A stretch of DNA of 63,414 nt, counting the filler, from Octopus bimaculoides (Eukaryota): assembly GCF_001194135.2 (NCBI RefSeq). It is 5 parts of 5 records of this genome, joined end to end, with 100 filler letters (N's around TTAATTAATTAA, not from the genome) between each part and the next. Parts side by side here need not be neighbours in the genome. Positions count along the whole stretch, not along the records: positions 26,087 to 52,733 come from NC_068991.1; 4 more parts are not named here. One strand, given 5' to 3'. This document shows, piece by piece, positions 29,825 to 43,660 of this stretch. Positions within the stretch are counted from its first letter, which is position 1; each line of letters opens with the position of its first letter. A program made the translations under genes and the position numbers. The notes beneath the pieces are model-generated. The model was given only the letters and a program-made list of their open reading frames with translations. It was not told the DNA's origin and ran no database searches.

Positions 29825-30036
29825 TAATCCTTTATACTATAGGCACAAGGCCTGAGATTTTGGGGGAAGGGACCAGTCGATTAAATCGAACCAGTACGCA
29901 ACTGGTACTTATTTTATCGACTCCGAAAAGATGAAAGGCAAAGTGAATCTCGGCAGAATTTAAACCGAGAACGTGAAAACGGGCGCAATACCGCTAAACA
30001 TTTTGCCCGGCGTACTAACGATTCTACCAGCTTGCC
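29825..30036 (-). mobile_element. SINE family A copy with GGCCTTGTGCC-(ATT)n tail; others at ~27835, 35690, 35971, 40285, 40935, 44560, 45840 and 51730
   Basis: Family A head plus tail CCCCCAAAATCTCAGGCCTTGTGCCTATAGTATAAAGGATTATT. Confidence 0.75.
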
Positions 30037-30140
30037 AAGGAAAAGCTCTCATAGCTTTTGATTTTAAATGATTGAAAGTGTTAACATGCACGTTTTGTCT
30101 TGGTGTAAAATATGGTTGCAACAAATATTCTGCTCAATAC

Positions 30141-30290
30141 CACAAATCTACTTATCAGTTGCTTGACCATAACCCGTTGATCATGACCCTTAATGGCTGA
30201 TGATATGTGCATCAATATCACAGATCTGCTAATCAGTCGCTTGACCTTTACTAGTTGATCATGTCCCTTAGTGGCTGACGATATGTGCAT
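30141..30290 (+). repeat. Diverged ~78-bp tandem duplication inside an unclassified repeat
   Basis: CACA.ATCT.CT.ATCAGT.GCTTGACC...GTTGATCATG.CCCTTA.TGGCTGA.GATATGTGCAT occurs twice. Confidence 0.65.
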
Positions 30291-30663
30291 TTCTGGTTAC
30301 AAGCAGGAGTAATGAGGGAGCATCGTAGCCATGTGTTGAGAGGAATTCTTTAGGGTTTGAATTATTCGCCTCAGGACGCATGGGGGTTTTGTTCAGCATC
30401 CTTAAGGAATACTTATTCATGGATGTTTTAAGCAGGATGGGTTACTCGACCTGAAGAAAAAATTCTAACTGGGCCCCACCTGCAAGGTCATGCACTGTTT
30501 ATTTTGATATGAGATCACCACATCGTACACATATGATTGTAATGCTTGTGCTTTGTGTACCCTTATCAGACGGGTAGTCGTGATCGGTATATTGGACTTC
30601 GTATATTTGTATCTTAGCGTCATTTTAATGGCACTCGCTGCCCTCTCACTCAATGTGTGGGGC

Positions 30664-31173
30664 GTATGGATTGGATAGAGCAAAAATGTGATATGAGAAA
30701 AATAAATGACAAAAAGTGAAAGATACTTTGGGATGTAATGATCCATGAAATTAAACACCGAGAGTCGGATATAGTGGTTGTGAATAAAGAGGTGGGAAAA
30801 AAAAACCCTGTTTAATCATAGAATTGTATGCCCTGGTAATGACAAAGTATCGGAAAAAGAAGGAGAAGCAGGCCAGATATGATGATTTGAAGTGGAAGAT
30901 AAAAAAACTGCAGTCATTGAAGACAGAGAGAGTTGTACTTGTTGTTGTTGGATCCTTGGGTACTATAAGTACGAAGCTAACAAACTGGATTGAAAAGATA
31001 CGAGTAAATGTGAAGATAAAGCATTTACAGGAAATGGTGTTGCTTGGAACTGCAAGAATCCGTCGCAGAGCTCTGGAAATCTTAATGAAATGTAATTCCT
31101 TTGGCCATTGGTTGTGGACAGTAAACACTTTGTTACATTTCTCAGCGAAATTGCTGTGCTAAACAACAACGAC

Positions 31174-31253
<80 letters not shown>

Positions 31254-31270
31254 TAATAATAATTTCCTAA
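30664..31270 (+). mobile_element. R4/Dong-type 3' end with restriction-like endonuclease remnant and (AAT)n tail
   Basis: KILWDVMIH, ESDIVVVNK, DLKWKIKKL...VVVGSLGTIS...LQEMVLLGTARIRRRAL, followed by (AAC)/(AAT)n. Confidence 0.8.
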
Positions 31271-31308
31271 TATAATAATGAGCGTAGTGTTTTATATATT
31301 TGTGTGTA

Positions 31309-31353
<45 letters not shown>

Positions 31354-32030
31354 AAAATCACGCTGGACGGAGTAGGAGAAAGTAGTATAAGTGAAAGCAG
31401 AGAAGAGAAAATAGCAATTCAGTGAAGGAGGAGTAGTGAGAGTAATAGCCCTTACTGAGAGGGAGTGAGAGAAAGTAATAGGAATGAGAGAAAGGAAGTG
31501 GCAAAGAGCGCGTCGTGTATCTTCTCTTTTCTCTATTACAACATAAGAATGTGAAGGGAAGGAGTGATAGATGAATAACGAAGGAAAGCGTGAAAAAAAA
31601 AATCAGCGTTTCAGCTCTGTGTGAGTATATTTGCGCATGCGTGTGCGTGTACAAGGGAAGTATGTGAATATACGTGAACATTGACAAATGTATTAATTTG
31701 ATTTATCATCCATATAGTCTACTATAATAATACTCTTGTGTATAACATATGAATGAGAAAGGAAGGGGTGATAGATGAATAAGAAAGGAAGGGGTGATGG
31801 CAAACTTGGTAGTGATGGAAGTTCTATGGTGAAAAAAATAAACCAAACAGCGTTTCAACTCTGTGAGTATATGTGTGTATGTGTGTGGGTGTGCAAGGGA
31901 AGTTATGCGAATGCTTGTATGTGTGATTATTATGTACCTTATTTTGTACCTTATTTATATATGAAATACTACAATTAGCCGTCATTTTTGACGGCAAGGG
32001 GTCAGCTAGTAATAATAATAATAATAATAA

Positions 32031-33142
32031 GCAGAACGTAAAGAACCATACTGGCGTAGACGAATTTGAGAGAAACGAACAAAGTTAAAAAGACATTTAG
32101 GACAAGTTGATAGATTGAGAAGAAGGGAATTGCAGAACGAAAGCATAAGAATAATGCTGGAAAGAATATATAGAATAAGAGATAAAAGTAATGATGTGAT
32201 ATTGGAAGAATTGAAACAAAGGTTAATAGCAATGAAAGCAAAACTGGAAAGATATGACAATAGAAAAAGACAGTTCAGGTAAAACAGATTCAGGCAAAAT
32301 AGAAGAAACTGTTTCAGGAACTAGATGGGCAAATACACGTAACAATGATACCAGATGCAGAGGAAAGCAAGGCATTCTGGAGAGGGATCTGGGACCAACC
32401 TGTAGAGAATAATGAAGCGAAGTGGCTGCATGAAATCCAAGATAGGTTAAGAAATATAGAAGTCCAAGAAGACATAAAGATAACCACAGAAATTATAACA
32501 AAGCAGTTAAAAATTCCCAGATTGCAAGAGCCTAGGACCAGATGGAGTTCAAGGGTATTGGATGAAGAAGCTGAGAGGGCTCCATGAAAGGACAGCACAA
32601 CAACTAGACGAGTGCTTGCAGGAAGGTGCAGTACCTAACTGGATGACAAAGGGAAAGGTGTTGTTATGTGCCAAGGATCCTGAAAAGGGAAATGTTGCAT
32701 CCAACTTTAAAAGCAATAACATGCCTTCCCCTGATGTGGAAACTAATATCAGGTGCTTTGGCCGGTGAACTGTACAAATACTTATCAAAACGCGAGCTGC
32801 TACCCATTGAACAGAAAGGGTGTTGAAAAAGGAGCTGGCGAACGAAGGATCAACTCCTAATTGATAATTGATAATGCAAGAGAAGACATAAAAACCTGAG
32901 CATGGCATGAGTTGACTATCGCAAAGCATACGATATGATACCACACTCCTGGATAATAAGAACAATAGAAATGTATGGAGTAGCAGAGAATATGAGAAGC
33001 CTTATATGGAATAGCATGAAATACTGGAGAACGGAATTCACAGCAGGGAAACAAGTACTAGGAGACGTGAAAATCAAGAGAGGAGTCTTCCAGGGGGACA
33101 GTGTATCCCCACTGATCTTTGTGCTGGGAATGATCCCCTCGA
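32031..33142 (+). mobile_element. Decayed R4/Dong-type (RLE) non-LTR retrotransposon, RT region
   Basis: Frameshifted pieces EELKQRLIAMKAKLERY, FWRGIW, NWMTKGKVLLCAKDP, DYRKAYDMIPHSWI, IKRGVFQGDSVSPLIF. Flanked by (AAT)n and (AAC)n. Confidence 0.85.
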
Positions 33143-33762
33143 GTGAACAACAATAACAACAACAACAACAACAACAATTTCTATATTCGCCCCAAGGATT
33201 TAAATACACATTTACTAATGTCTATATATGATCAGTATACGAAAGTATTGCGCTCTTTAAACACGACAAAAATAATTATACCGTTCGGCTCTGTTGAATC
33301 TCTAGTAGAACCATTAAAACCAGAATGACTGCAAATGATTTCATCATAGAAGATTATAGGTGGTGGCGGTGGGATATGAACATAGATCATACAAGTTTAT
33401 GTGAGTGCGTGCGCGCGCGCTTGAGTGTATGTGTGTGTATGAATTATTGTGTTTTCGATACGTGTGATGGATACATTGCTCAATCAAGTCTCGCAAATCT
33501 TCAACGATTTCAGTTGAAGATGGAGAGGTGGTTGCGGGGTGTTGGTGGTGGCGGTGGCAGCGGTGGTGGTGGTGGTGGTGGTGGTGGCAACGATGGCGGC
33601 GGTGGTGATGGTAGTGACGATGATGATGATGATGATGATGATGATGAAGACGACAACGACGACGACAATGACAATGATAAAAAAAACATGTTGGTGCTGA
33701 GAATGATGATGCAGCCGTTGCTGCTGCTTCTGAAATTGCAACAAATGGTGATGATAATGATA

Positions 33763-33794
<32 letters not shown>

Positions 33795-33880
33795 AACGAC
33801 GACAAAGACGTCGATGATGGTGACAATGATAACAATCACGTTGGTGCTGATATAAAAGATGTTTCTGAAATTGCAACAAC

Positions 33881-33963
<83 letters not shown>

Positions 33964-36389
33964 ATGGTGGTGGTGGTGGTGGTGGTGGTGGCGGTGATGA
34001 TGATGGTGATAATGATGATGAAGAAGATACCAAATCCTAAATTTCCAGCTGCCAATAGAAAGCTTTTATCAGGTTGTTCGTGCTTGAACGTCAACCGAAA
34101 GCATCCATTGACGACAGTTGCTCGGAAATAACTCAATATCTTTATCATAAACCGATAACATCAACTGTCTGTAACATTTTGCCAATAACTTAGTCACACG
34201 TAAAGCTCCAAGGTAGTGACAGTACAAAGAAGGCATCACTACTTATCTCCCTTGATCTTTATCGATTATTTATGGCCATGTGGTTAAGACACTCGCTTTG
34301 CAGCGACATAGTTTGCAGTTCAACCCCAGTGCGTGGCAACTTGGGAAAGCGTCTTATCCTATAGCCCGAGGCTGACCAATATCTTGTGAGTGAATTTGTT
34401 AGATGGAAACTGAGTAGAAGGCCAGTGCGCACGCGTGTAGCTATTAGCGACAGATACAGCCTTTTTAACGAATATTAATCAGCACATTTAACTTAACTTG
34501 AATGTGTTGTTTTGAACGCCGTAGACTGCGGTAATCGTCCCGATAAATCATCTTGTGTAGACGTTAGGTGCTATAATATGCGCTCATTATATCAGCAGAC
34601 GAAAATTTCGTCACCACCGGCAGAGGGAACTGTTGTATCACGTTCATGGTAATACTCGTGTCGAATCATCAGTGACAAATGTCCAAGAAAAAGCTAGCAC
34701 AAAAAGATGAAGATACATAACGAGCAGAACAGAAAAAAAAAAAAGAAATGCCCCTCATCAGCTGTTAATGTATGAATATCCATGGTTTCGACGACTGAGT
34801 ATAATACTCGTGATGTGCCAGGAACAGTCGGACACGGTCGTTAGAAATAGATACAGTGAGGATATGATGAATATATAGTTAAGTCTTCGCATATTGATGA
34901 GAGAAATCACAAAGAACAGAAAAAAGTGTATGCTTAAGCTTGGACACAAAACAGAAAAGTATTCGTCTTTTATGACCAAAGACAAAGCCAAACGGCATAT
35001 GTGTGACGTTGGAAGAAAAAGAGAGTGTAAGATTAGGCGCTCTCTCGAATTGTTGTCCTTGAGTAAATGAAAATAACAATGGGCTGAGGAATTGGCACCA
35101 GAGCAGAAATGGGTAGAAGTTGCATGCTGAGTGCGTAAGGAGACAGAATAAAAAGAATGAAAGTGGTGATTTAGTAGAGAAAGAAAATTAAAGAAAGAGT
35201 AAATAAATTCAAACAATTTTCTTAAAAAACATTGCAGTATGTTAGAAAACAATGCTGTGTGTCGAAATAAAAAATGCGAGAAATTAAGCACAAACGAGAA
35301 CATATAACATACGAGAAAAAAGAAACGAAAAATATCCTTGCAAAATACAGACATTAACATTAATTTAAGTATAAAGTTTTAGCCTTGTACGCATAGGTTT
35401 CATGTGATATCGTACAATCGTCAACAAGGAAGAGGAAGGAATTAATACAGCGGCCATAGTTATATGTTCGTTTTGGGTCGTTCCATATTGCCAAATGGCG
35501 TGGGATGTTTTCCTGTCATCTTTCGAATTCATTAACCTGCGAAGAATTATTTTTGAAAAAAATTATGTTTCTTATCTCTACAAACAATAAATATAAAACT
35601 ACTCTACTTACCAGGTTCAGTATATGTATATATCAATATACATGATACTCTATTCAGTGTAGGAGCATGCTAAAAATATTTCTTAAAGTCTCTCAATACA
35701 GTATTGAGTTCAAGTTCCACCGAGGTCGACTTTGTCTTTCATCCTTTCGGGGCCGATAAAATAAGTACCAGCTGAGCACTAGGGCCGATGTAATCGGCTT
35801 ATCCCCACTCAACGTTGCTGGCCTTGTGCCAAAATATGAAACTTTGTACTCATGAGTTTCATGTAGCATCGTTCAATCGTTAGCGAGGAAGTATAAGCAA
35901 ACAATATAGCAGTTGTCATCACATATTGATTTTGGATCGATCCATATTATACCTGTATTACCATCTATAAGGCGGTGAGCTGGCAGAATTGCTAGCACAC
36001 CGGACGAAATGCTTTGACAGCATTTCGTCCGTTTTTACGTTCTGATTTCAAATGCCACCGAGGTCCACTTTGCCTTCTACCCTTTTGCGATCGATAAAAT
36101 AAGTTTTAGTCGATGTAATCGACCTCCACTCTCCCCCAAGATTGCTGGCCTTGTGCCAAAATTTGGGACTAATATTACCATATATAATGTATGCGTGTAT
36201 GTCAGTGTATATACACATTTGTGTGCGTGTATGTCTGTGTGCGTATGTGTGTATACATGTATGTATATGTGTGTGTGTGTTTGTATGTACGTATGTGCAT
36301 GTACGTACATATATACATACACACATACACGTACATATACATACACACACACACACGTACATATACATACACGCACGCACACACAACAC

Positions 36390-36422
<33 letters not shown>

Positions 36423-36612
36423 TACATATTTATATACAACCGGGCGCACACACAGACATAAATAATGTATTCATCATAACAAGAGGGAAGAAAAAACGTA
36501 AAGGCATGAATGAAAAGGAGAATTAGTGGAATGATAGGGAACAAGAGAAAGAAAGAAGAGGAGTCGATAGAAAAAAAGGGAGATAGTGTGAATGTATGTA
36601 AAGTGTGAGAAA

Positions 36613-36646
<34 letters not shown>

Positions 36647-37238
36647 TCAGTGGGGGCCTTAGAAAGGAGACAGTGTGTGTAGGATAGGGATAGGAAAAGG
36701 TTGGCGATGTGAACTGTTTCAGAATGCCACACAAGATTTAGGTCTAATTATAGCTATTTGGCGGGTCTTTTCGCTGTTGCTGCTGATGTGGTTGCTATGG
36801 AAACGGGAGTGGGGGAATCATCATCATTGTCATCCTAATTATCATCATTATCACCACCATCATCACCCCATCACCACCACCACCACCACCATCACCCCTA
36901 TCACCACTACCACCATCACCACCACCACCACCACCACCATCACCACCATCACCACCATCACCCCCATCATCATCCCATCATCACCCCATCACTCCCATCA
37001 CCCCCCATCACCACCACCATCATCCCCCATCACCACCACCATCATCATCAACATGAACATCATCACTACCCTTCTCCTCATCGTCACCATAAGCGTTATC
37101 GTCGTCCAGATTAACATCATCATCATCATCATCATCACCTATACCACCATTTTCATCATTTTCGCATCATCGCTATCATCATTATCATTATTTTTATCAC
37201 AGTTGTCATTGACATCGTTGTAACACCTTTGCTACTTC

Positions 37239-37240
<2 letters not shown>

Positions 37241-37329
<89 letters not shown>
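37241..37329. repeat. (CT)n microsatellite
   Basis: Direct reading. Confidence 0.95.
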
Positions 37330-37333
<4 letters not shown>

Positions 37334-39660
37334 TCTCTCTTCGTACCCCTACTACTCCTCATCATCATCATCATAATCATTGTCGTTATCATCATAATCA
37401 TCATCATCATCAGTATTTTTGTCCATTCATATCTCACTTCCCCCTGTGTCTACTGCTGCAGACTGAAACTCAGCCTCGCTTTGGATATCATCTGCCTCCA
37501 CTCTCCTATGACTTACCTAATATTTGCTTTCCACCTCCATCAGCTGGACATTTTCCCCCCTTTCTTTCGTAATGTCCATACGGCGTCTATCTGGACAGAA
37601 GTCATGTGTGAGCAATTTACAAGATACACGTAGATGTTTCATAACGAGAACCGTTTGTTCGATTCTCGTTCGAAGATGTTTTGCTTAGTTTAATAATGTT
37701 CCTTTTGTGTTTTTTTGTTTTTTTTTCAGAGGGGGGGGGGAAACATAAAATTCCCGAACTCCCGTTTACACTACGCCGGACAGTGAAATGTAATAAAGTT
37801 GGCCATCCATTGATAGATACATCTGATCAATGATGGCTCGTAGATAAAATTAATGAGGGTGTTGCTTCAGAACATTTTTAGACATTGTTTTAATATTGTG
37901 TAAAAGGAAAACATATGAAAAGAATATTTATACATAAACTTGATCGGTTCGCGTTTTAGCCACTACCGGGTAGTGTGTTTAATTTGTTCACTGAACACCG
38001 CCGCGAATTCCCCCTTGTTTTTTTAAAAAGCCCCCCAATCACAAAATAAGGTGTGGGGGTGGAATCTGCCCTATTTTTCAAATCCTGGCAACAACACTGA
38101 AGCTGGAAGAAAAATGATAATCTAATTCTACACTTTATCACATTCAAGAATACAAACACGTTTTTAAGCACAACACACGTGGAGTCAAGAACAAGCACTA
38201 CCTTTCACCGGCACTGCGTGAACGACAGTACTGTCTCTCCCTAGCGTGAAGTTTCCTATCTCAGACATGTGAACATGCGCACAACAGCCAAACACCGAAG
38301 CGCACAATTCTATGCAAGGATTTTTTAATTTTTTTGTTTTCATAAACTAGGGGATGGTTACTGACATAAAGCTTAAGGATTATATAAAGAACACGTATAA
38401 AGGAAGAATTAAAGAAAAATGGACTCATTATATTGAATGTTATCGATAATATCGAGTGGAATTAGGGGGTGATGCAGTTCCGCAGCACCTATATACGAGC
38501 CGCCACTACATGTGCGGGATGAGAGCACTAAGCAGTGATGTATATAAATACAAACTTGTCACTAATTCAAAGATGCTTGAGGCTTATTTGAACCTGTAAG
38601 AACGCTGTTCACTCTGTTTTGTTGTGGAGAAAATTTCTCGCTGTAGACAAATAGGTGTAAATACACCGAGGCAGCTCACCGCGCTATCTAACCAAACAGT
38701 GGGCTGCATGCATTTCGGGGCGGTTATCTCCTCTTCAATCATAGAGACCGGAAAGGCAGATGCTGCGAACTGACTCGAGAGACAGGTCTCTCTTATGATA
38801 TTCCTATCATCGTTCATCTTATGTACTTATCATGGTTCATCTTATGATATTCCCGTCATGATCATGATATTTCATCCAATTGAGAGAATTACTTTACATA
38901 ATTAATTCCGCAGGTCGTTCAACAGCTGTTTGAGTGGTTTCGTTCGTAGCTGTTAAATTTTGTCATCTTCTGCAACTTTTCTTTTCTTAGTTAAAAACTT
39001 ATTCATTTCATGGGTAATTTAATTACAATTTATGAATAAAAGTAAGCTGATCTATTATGAAGTTATAACTAAATATGCAATTAATATCACCAGCAGTAAG
39101 CACGATAAAATTAGAAATGGCACGTTGCACTTAATTAGAATACCCGGTTCCTAAGGCTAAGCCCGCGAGACTGATGAACAAGGGGCAAGTGTGAAATGAG
39201 TTTAGTGTGATTTCATAGTTATTAGTTCACCGTCAGTAATGCGTAATACCTGTATAGGTGAACAATAACTTTAGGCAATTTGAAAGCGGTTCCAGTGTTT
39301 CGCTCATTAAAACAGGTGCGAATTTGAACATTTTAAATTGATTCTCACTTTACTTCGGACAAGGAAATAGCGCTTGCAATATATTAATTCTTTTACACTG
39401 AATAAAATACAATGAAAATGAGCGTTATATAATGAAGATTACTGGTGCCTTTTTCTCTTTTTTTTTTTCATCTCGCCTCCAAAGATTAAGTGGGAAACGA
39501 TAGCCGGTAGTTACATGCATTGACATGTTCGCCATACTAACAAACAGGTTCTGAAAAGCTGAAACAAATTAGTATTGGGCATTTTATATATTAGTTTCCC
39601 GTACGTTTGCAACACACCTACGCCCTGCTGGCGACACACAGTTTGGAAAACACTGCCCTA

Positions 39661-40020
39661 GAGTAACCTTACTCGACAAGATGCATTGCTCGGAGATCAG
39701 GGATCTCTCCAGGTCGAGCAGCTTTTTCTCTGCATAGAGAGCTTATGGCTCCGACAAGGTGGATATGTGGTTAGAATGTCGCAGGAAAGGATCGCAAGAT
39801 AAATTCTTCAAGCCAAGACAATTGGCAGAAGACCTAGAAGCAGACCGAGAATGACTTGGTTGGATAATATCCATAGTGTCAGTTGGTCACGCTTGGGAAT
39901 CCAGCTACAAAGTGTAATGACGGTTGTTTCTGATAGGGCTCTATGGAAGAGGTGCTTGAGGATTTTATCCCCACGACCCATTCAGGGATAGAGGGCGGAG
40001 AAAATGGATAAATGAATGAA
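39661..40020 (+). mobile_element. RTE-clade LINE 3' end
   Basis: VTLLDKMHCSEIRD...GRRPRSRPRMTWLDNI...DRALWKR matches the RTE C-terminal GKRPRGRPRxRWxD...DRxxWR pattern. Short ATGA tail. Confidence 0.7.
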
Positions 40021-40589
40021 CGGACGGGTGAATTGCTGGAAAGTACCAGTCCAAAGCAATGGATTGATAGAACTCTTCGGACTTCCTCGAGGGATTTTGC
40101 GTTCTGGTCACAACGCATGCGACAAAATTAGTGCCAAACTATATGGCATAGAGAAGAGAGTCTTGCATGCAAGGGTAACTGTTAGTCTTTATCAAAATAA
40201 AAAGAAATCTTGCACAGGCTGCTCGTTGCAGAACTTTCAAGGTGCAGAAACCCAGAATCAGCCATGACCGAAACAGATTCTGGATCAGTGTTTCTCAAGC
40301 TCGCAGAATCGTTACAACGTTGGACAAAATGTTTAACAGCATTCCTTCCAGATCTTTACACTGACCTCTCGCCGAGGTCAAATTTGCTTTTCATCATTTA
40401 GGGATCGGTAAAATAAAGTTCTAGTCAAATATGGGGTTGATATAATCGACCTGTCCCCTCTCCTCAAAATTTAGGGCCATGAATCTTGCAGCGGACCAAT
40501 GTCCCGTTCAGGAGGAATGCTGTGATTTCGATCACTAATATGCCATGGAAACCGAGTAATCGGCCCTATGAGTCCCAGGACTCGAGGTT

Positions 40590-40925
40590 AATAATGAGAG
40601 AAATAGAGAAAATAGCAAAGTACTAGGACCTAAACATTGAGTTACAGAGGTTATGGAAAGTGCGGGTAAATTGTATCCCTGTAGTTATAGATGCATTAGT
40701 AACCATTCCTAAAGATTTGAATAGAGGTAGAGGATTTGAATTTGGTAGAGGAAATAGACATAAAATCTAGTTTAGTGTAGCTTCAGAAAACAGTATTATT
40801 AAGGACAGCTAGGATACTTTGGAAGGTTCTTGACATCTAAGTTTACTTGTAGCCCGACGTTAGGAATTTTTTCCAACAGTTTAATCTGTTGCGCGTAAAT
40901 CAAACAATGACAACAGCAATAATAA
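40590..40925 (+). mobile_element. R4/Dong-type 3' end fragment
   Basis: EIEKIAKY*DLNIELQRLWKVRVNCIPVVIDALVTIPK...LQKTVLLRTARILWKVL, then a short AAC/AAT tail. Confidence 0.7.
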
Positions 40926-41164
40926 TCCTTTCTTCTTTAGGCAGAAGGCTTGGAATTTAGAGGAAGGAATTAAGTCGATTACATCGACCCCAGTGTGTAA
41001 CTGTCGCTTATTTAATCGACTCCGAAAGGATGATAGGCAAAGTCGACCTGAGCGGAATTTGAACTCAGAACGTAGCGACAGACGAAATATCGCTAAGCAT
41101 TTCGCCCGGTGTGCTAACTGCTCTGCTAGCTCGCTGCTTTAATAATAATAGTAATAATAATATT

Positions 41165-41577
41165 AATAATAAAATAAATACTTTCTAATCGATGTATCAA
41201 TACCTACAAATGACAACGTTTCTCTAAAAAAAAAAACAGAGAAACTTTCAAAATATAAAGATCTGGAAATAGAGGTAACTCGAATGTGGAGCCTAAAAAC
41301 AGAAATAATTCCTATTATAGTAGGCGCATTGGGTACGATAAAAAAAACAAAAACATTCAGACAAATACATAACAAAAACACCAGGGCTTACAAGTGTATA
41401 TAACATAGAAAATAGCACTACTAGGCACTGCACACATCCTATGTAAAACACTTTCAATACATTGGAAATAAGAGTACCACACCAAACCACAGCACATAGC
41501 CAAGACACACAGAGCTGCGCTCAGTGGTGCAGTGAAAGCACGTAATAAAAATAAGACTGCTGGATAACAACAACAAT

Positions 41578-41610
<33 letters not shown>

Positions 41611-41625
41611 AATAATAATAATAAT
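41165..41625 (+). mobile_element. R4/Dong-type 3' end fragment, second subfamily, within (AAT)n
   Basis: FLIDVSIPTNDNVS...KYKDLEIEVTRMWSLKTEIIPIIVGALGTIK...ALLGTAHIL, then 3'UTR and (AAC)n(AAT)n. Confidence 0.8.
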
Positions 41626-42179
41626 AATTCTGATCGCGTCTATTAAATTTCACCAGCGTATAATGAACATCGCTCAGTCATATGATTTGGAAAATTGGGA
41701 TGAGATAGTTGGCAAGAGATTGCAAATTCGAAAAATAATGCTTTAAATATCGTTGATCGTCTGGTACATGATCAAAACGTCACGTTTACACCACACGATG
41801 CACGATGTACTTGTCTTCGTGACGGAAATTCATCATTCGATGATGTATTAGAAATCGCGAAAATCTACTATTCGTGCTAAAGAAGCCGAAAAACTACTTA
41901 GTGATACAGTGACATCAACCAACGATATAAATGGTAATTCTGCAATTTCTTTGAATTATATTAAAAATAATAAATCCAAAGCTACTGGAGGCCAAAATTC
42001 AAAATAACCAATAATATAAAATTAAATAACGATAGAAAGGTTGCGTAAAATATTATATTGATCGCGAAAGAAAACTTATCAATATAAGGATGAAAATATA
42101 GTTCATGTAGAAAAATTAGACATTCAGAGAATGAACTGTAAGCATGTCAGGAAATCGAATAATAATAATAATAATAATA

Positions 42180-42840
42180 ATAATTCTTTCTAATTTTGAC
42201 ATAAGTCCTGAAATTTTGTGGTGAGGGTCTAGTCCATAACATCGATCCCAGTGCGCAGCAGGTACTTATTTTATCGACCCCTGAAAGGATTTAAGGCAAG
42301 TCGATCTCAGCTGCACTTTGAACTCGGAACGTAGAAGCGAAATAAATGCCGCTACGCATTTTGTTCGCTGCGGTTACTATTCTGCCAGCTCGCCGCCTTT
42401 CGCCGCCTCAATAATGATAATAATTATTTCTACAATAAGTACAAGGCCTGGATTTTTGTGGGAACGGGCTACTTGATTACATCAACCCAAATGTTTAACT
42501 GCTACTTATTTTATAGACCCCGAAAAGATAAAAGGTAAAGTCGATCTCGGAGGAATTTCAACTCAGAGCTTAATGAGTCGGAAAAACAACCGCAAATAAG
42601 TTTTTCCGACGCTCTAATGATTATGCCAATTCAACATTCTTAATAACTGGTTGCAACATAGGCTCAATGCTAAAATTTAAGGGAAGGGGATTAATCAATT
42701 GAATGTTTATTTTATCGACCCCGAAAATACGAAAAGCAAAGTTGATCTCAGCATGGGTTGAACTCAGGGCGGTGAGAGCTGGAACAAATACCACGAGATA
42801 TACTATCCAACGCCCTTATTACTCTATCAATTCACCGGCT
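42180..42840 (-). mobile_element. Three head-to-tail SINE family A copies
   Basis: TTATTTTATCGACCCC...AAGTCGATCTC...GAACTC recurs three times at ~230 bp spacing with AAT-rich linkers. Confidence 0.7.
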
Positions 42841-43079
42841 AAAAATCTTCAAACCCGTAATAAATATTACACAGATAGTGATAATTCTTTCAGTAATATA
42901 TATATGAATGAAAGGAGTCAAATATTGAAGCTAATTTTGGTATGTATTAAAAGGGAGTATAGGGTTGTCAGATAAATTCGTTGTTTTCTTTTCCTCCGCT
43001 TATTTTAATCCTTATTTTTCGTCAACAAATTAGTCGATAATATACACCTCTTCGTTATTCATGACTCTTGCCAACCTTC

Positions 43080-43660
43080 CACAAGCTAATCAATGCATTG
43101 ACGGTAGAAATCACCGGGTTTTGACTCGAAGAATTCATTGAATCATGTTTTTAGCTTTAAATCGTTATTAAACGAAACGCCTCAAGACTTTTGGAGAGCG
43201 GTCGAAAAAGGTGATAATCTGAAGGCGCTATATAAAGTGCAATAGGTACGATAGAACTTCCCAACCGAATGCTCTCGAATAGCAAACTACTGACGTGGGG
43301 ATCGGATTGTTTCATCGATTGTTTCATCGATTTGAAGGCGACGGACGACAGCATCATGAGAGCATTCCATCCGCTGGTCCAATTCCAAAGTAGACTCGCG
43401 CGGATCTTCGTGGATGAACTAGATCAATCGATCTTCATTGAAATGAACAGATCAGCCGAAACGCGGAGAGTCTCTGAGGTCGAATTCCTCCTCCTTGAAG
43501 AGTGATAACCAATTCAGTCCTTTCAGTAATAACGTCTTTTCCGTACACAGCACAAATGTTTCAAGCGGCTTTGGCAGATTTGAAACCTTGAGCGAATGGA
43601 GACAAGCAAGCGTTAAAAATGCTCATTTTTTTTTTCTACTAGACACTCCATCGTCATGCG
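43080..43660 (-). mobile_element. Internally deleted, decayed mariner transposase remnant
   Basis: N-terminal ICAVYGKDVITERT and FDLRDSPR-like remnants lie within ~350 bp of the C-terminal IAPSDYHLFRPL (mariner YSPDLAPSDYHLF motif). Confidence 0.75.

Noticed and set aside
36675-37223. 182-aa ORF with apparent TM segments
   Set aside because: The hydrophobic runs come from (ATC)n and (ACC)n repeats.
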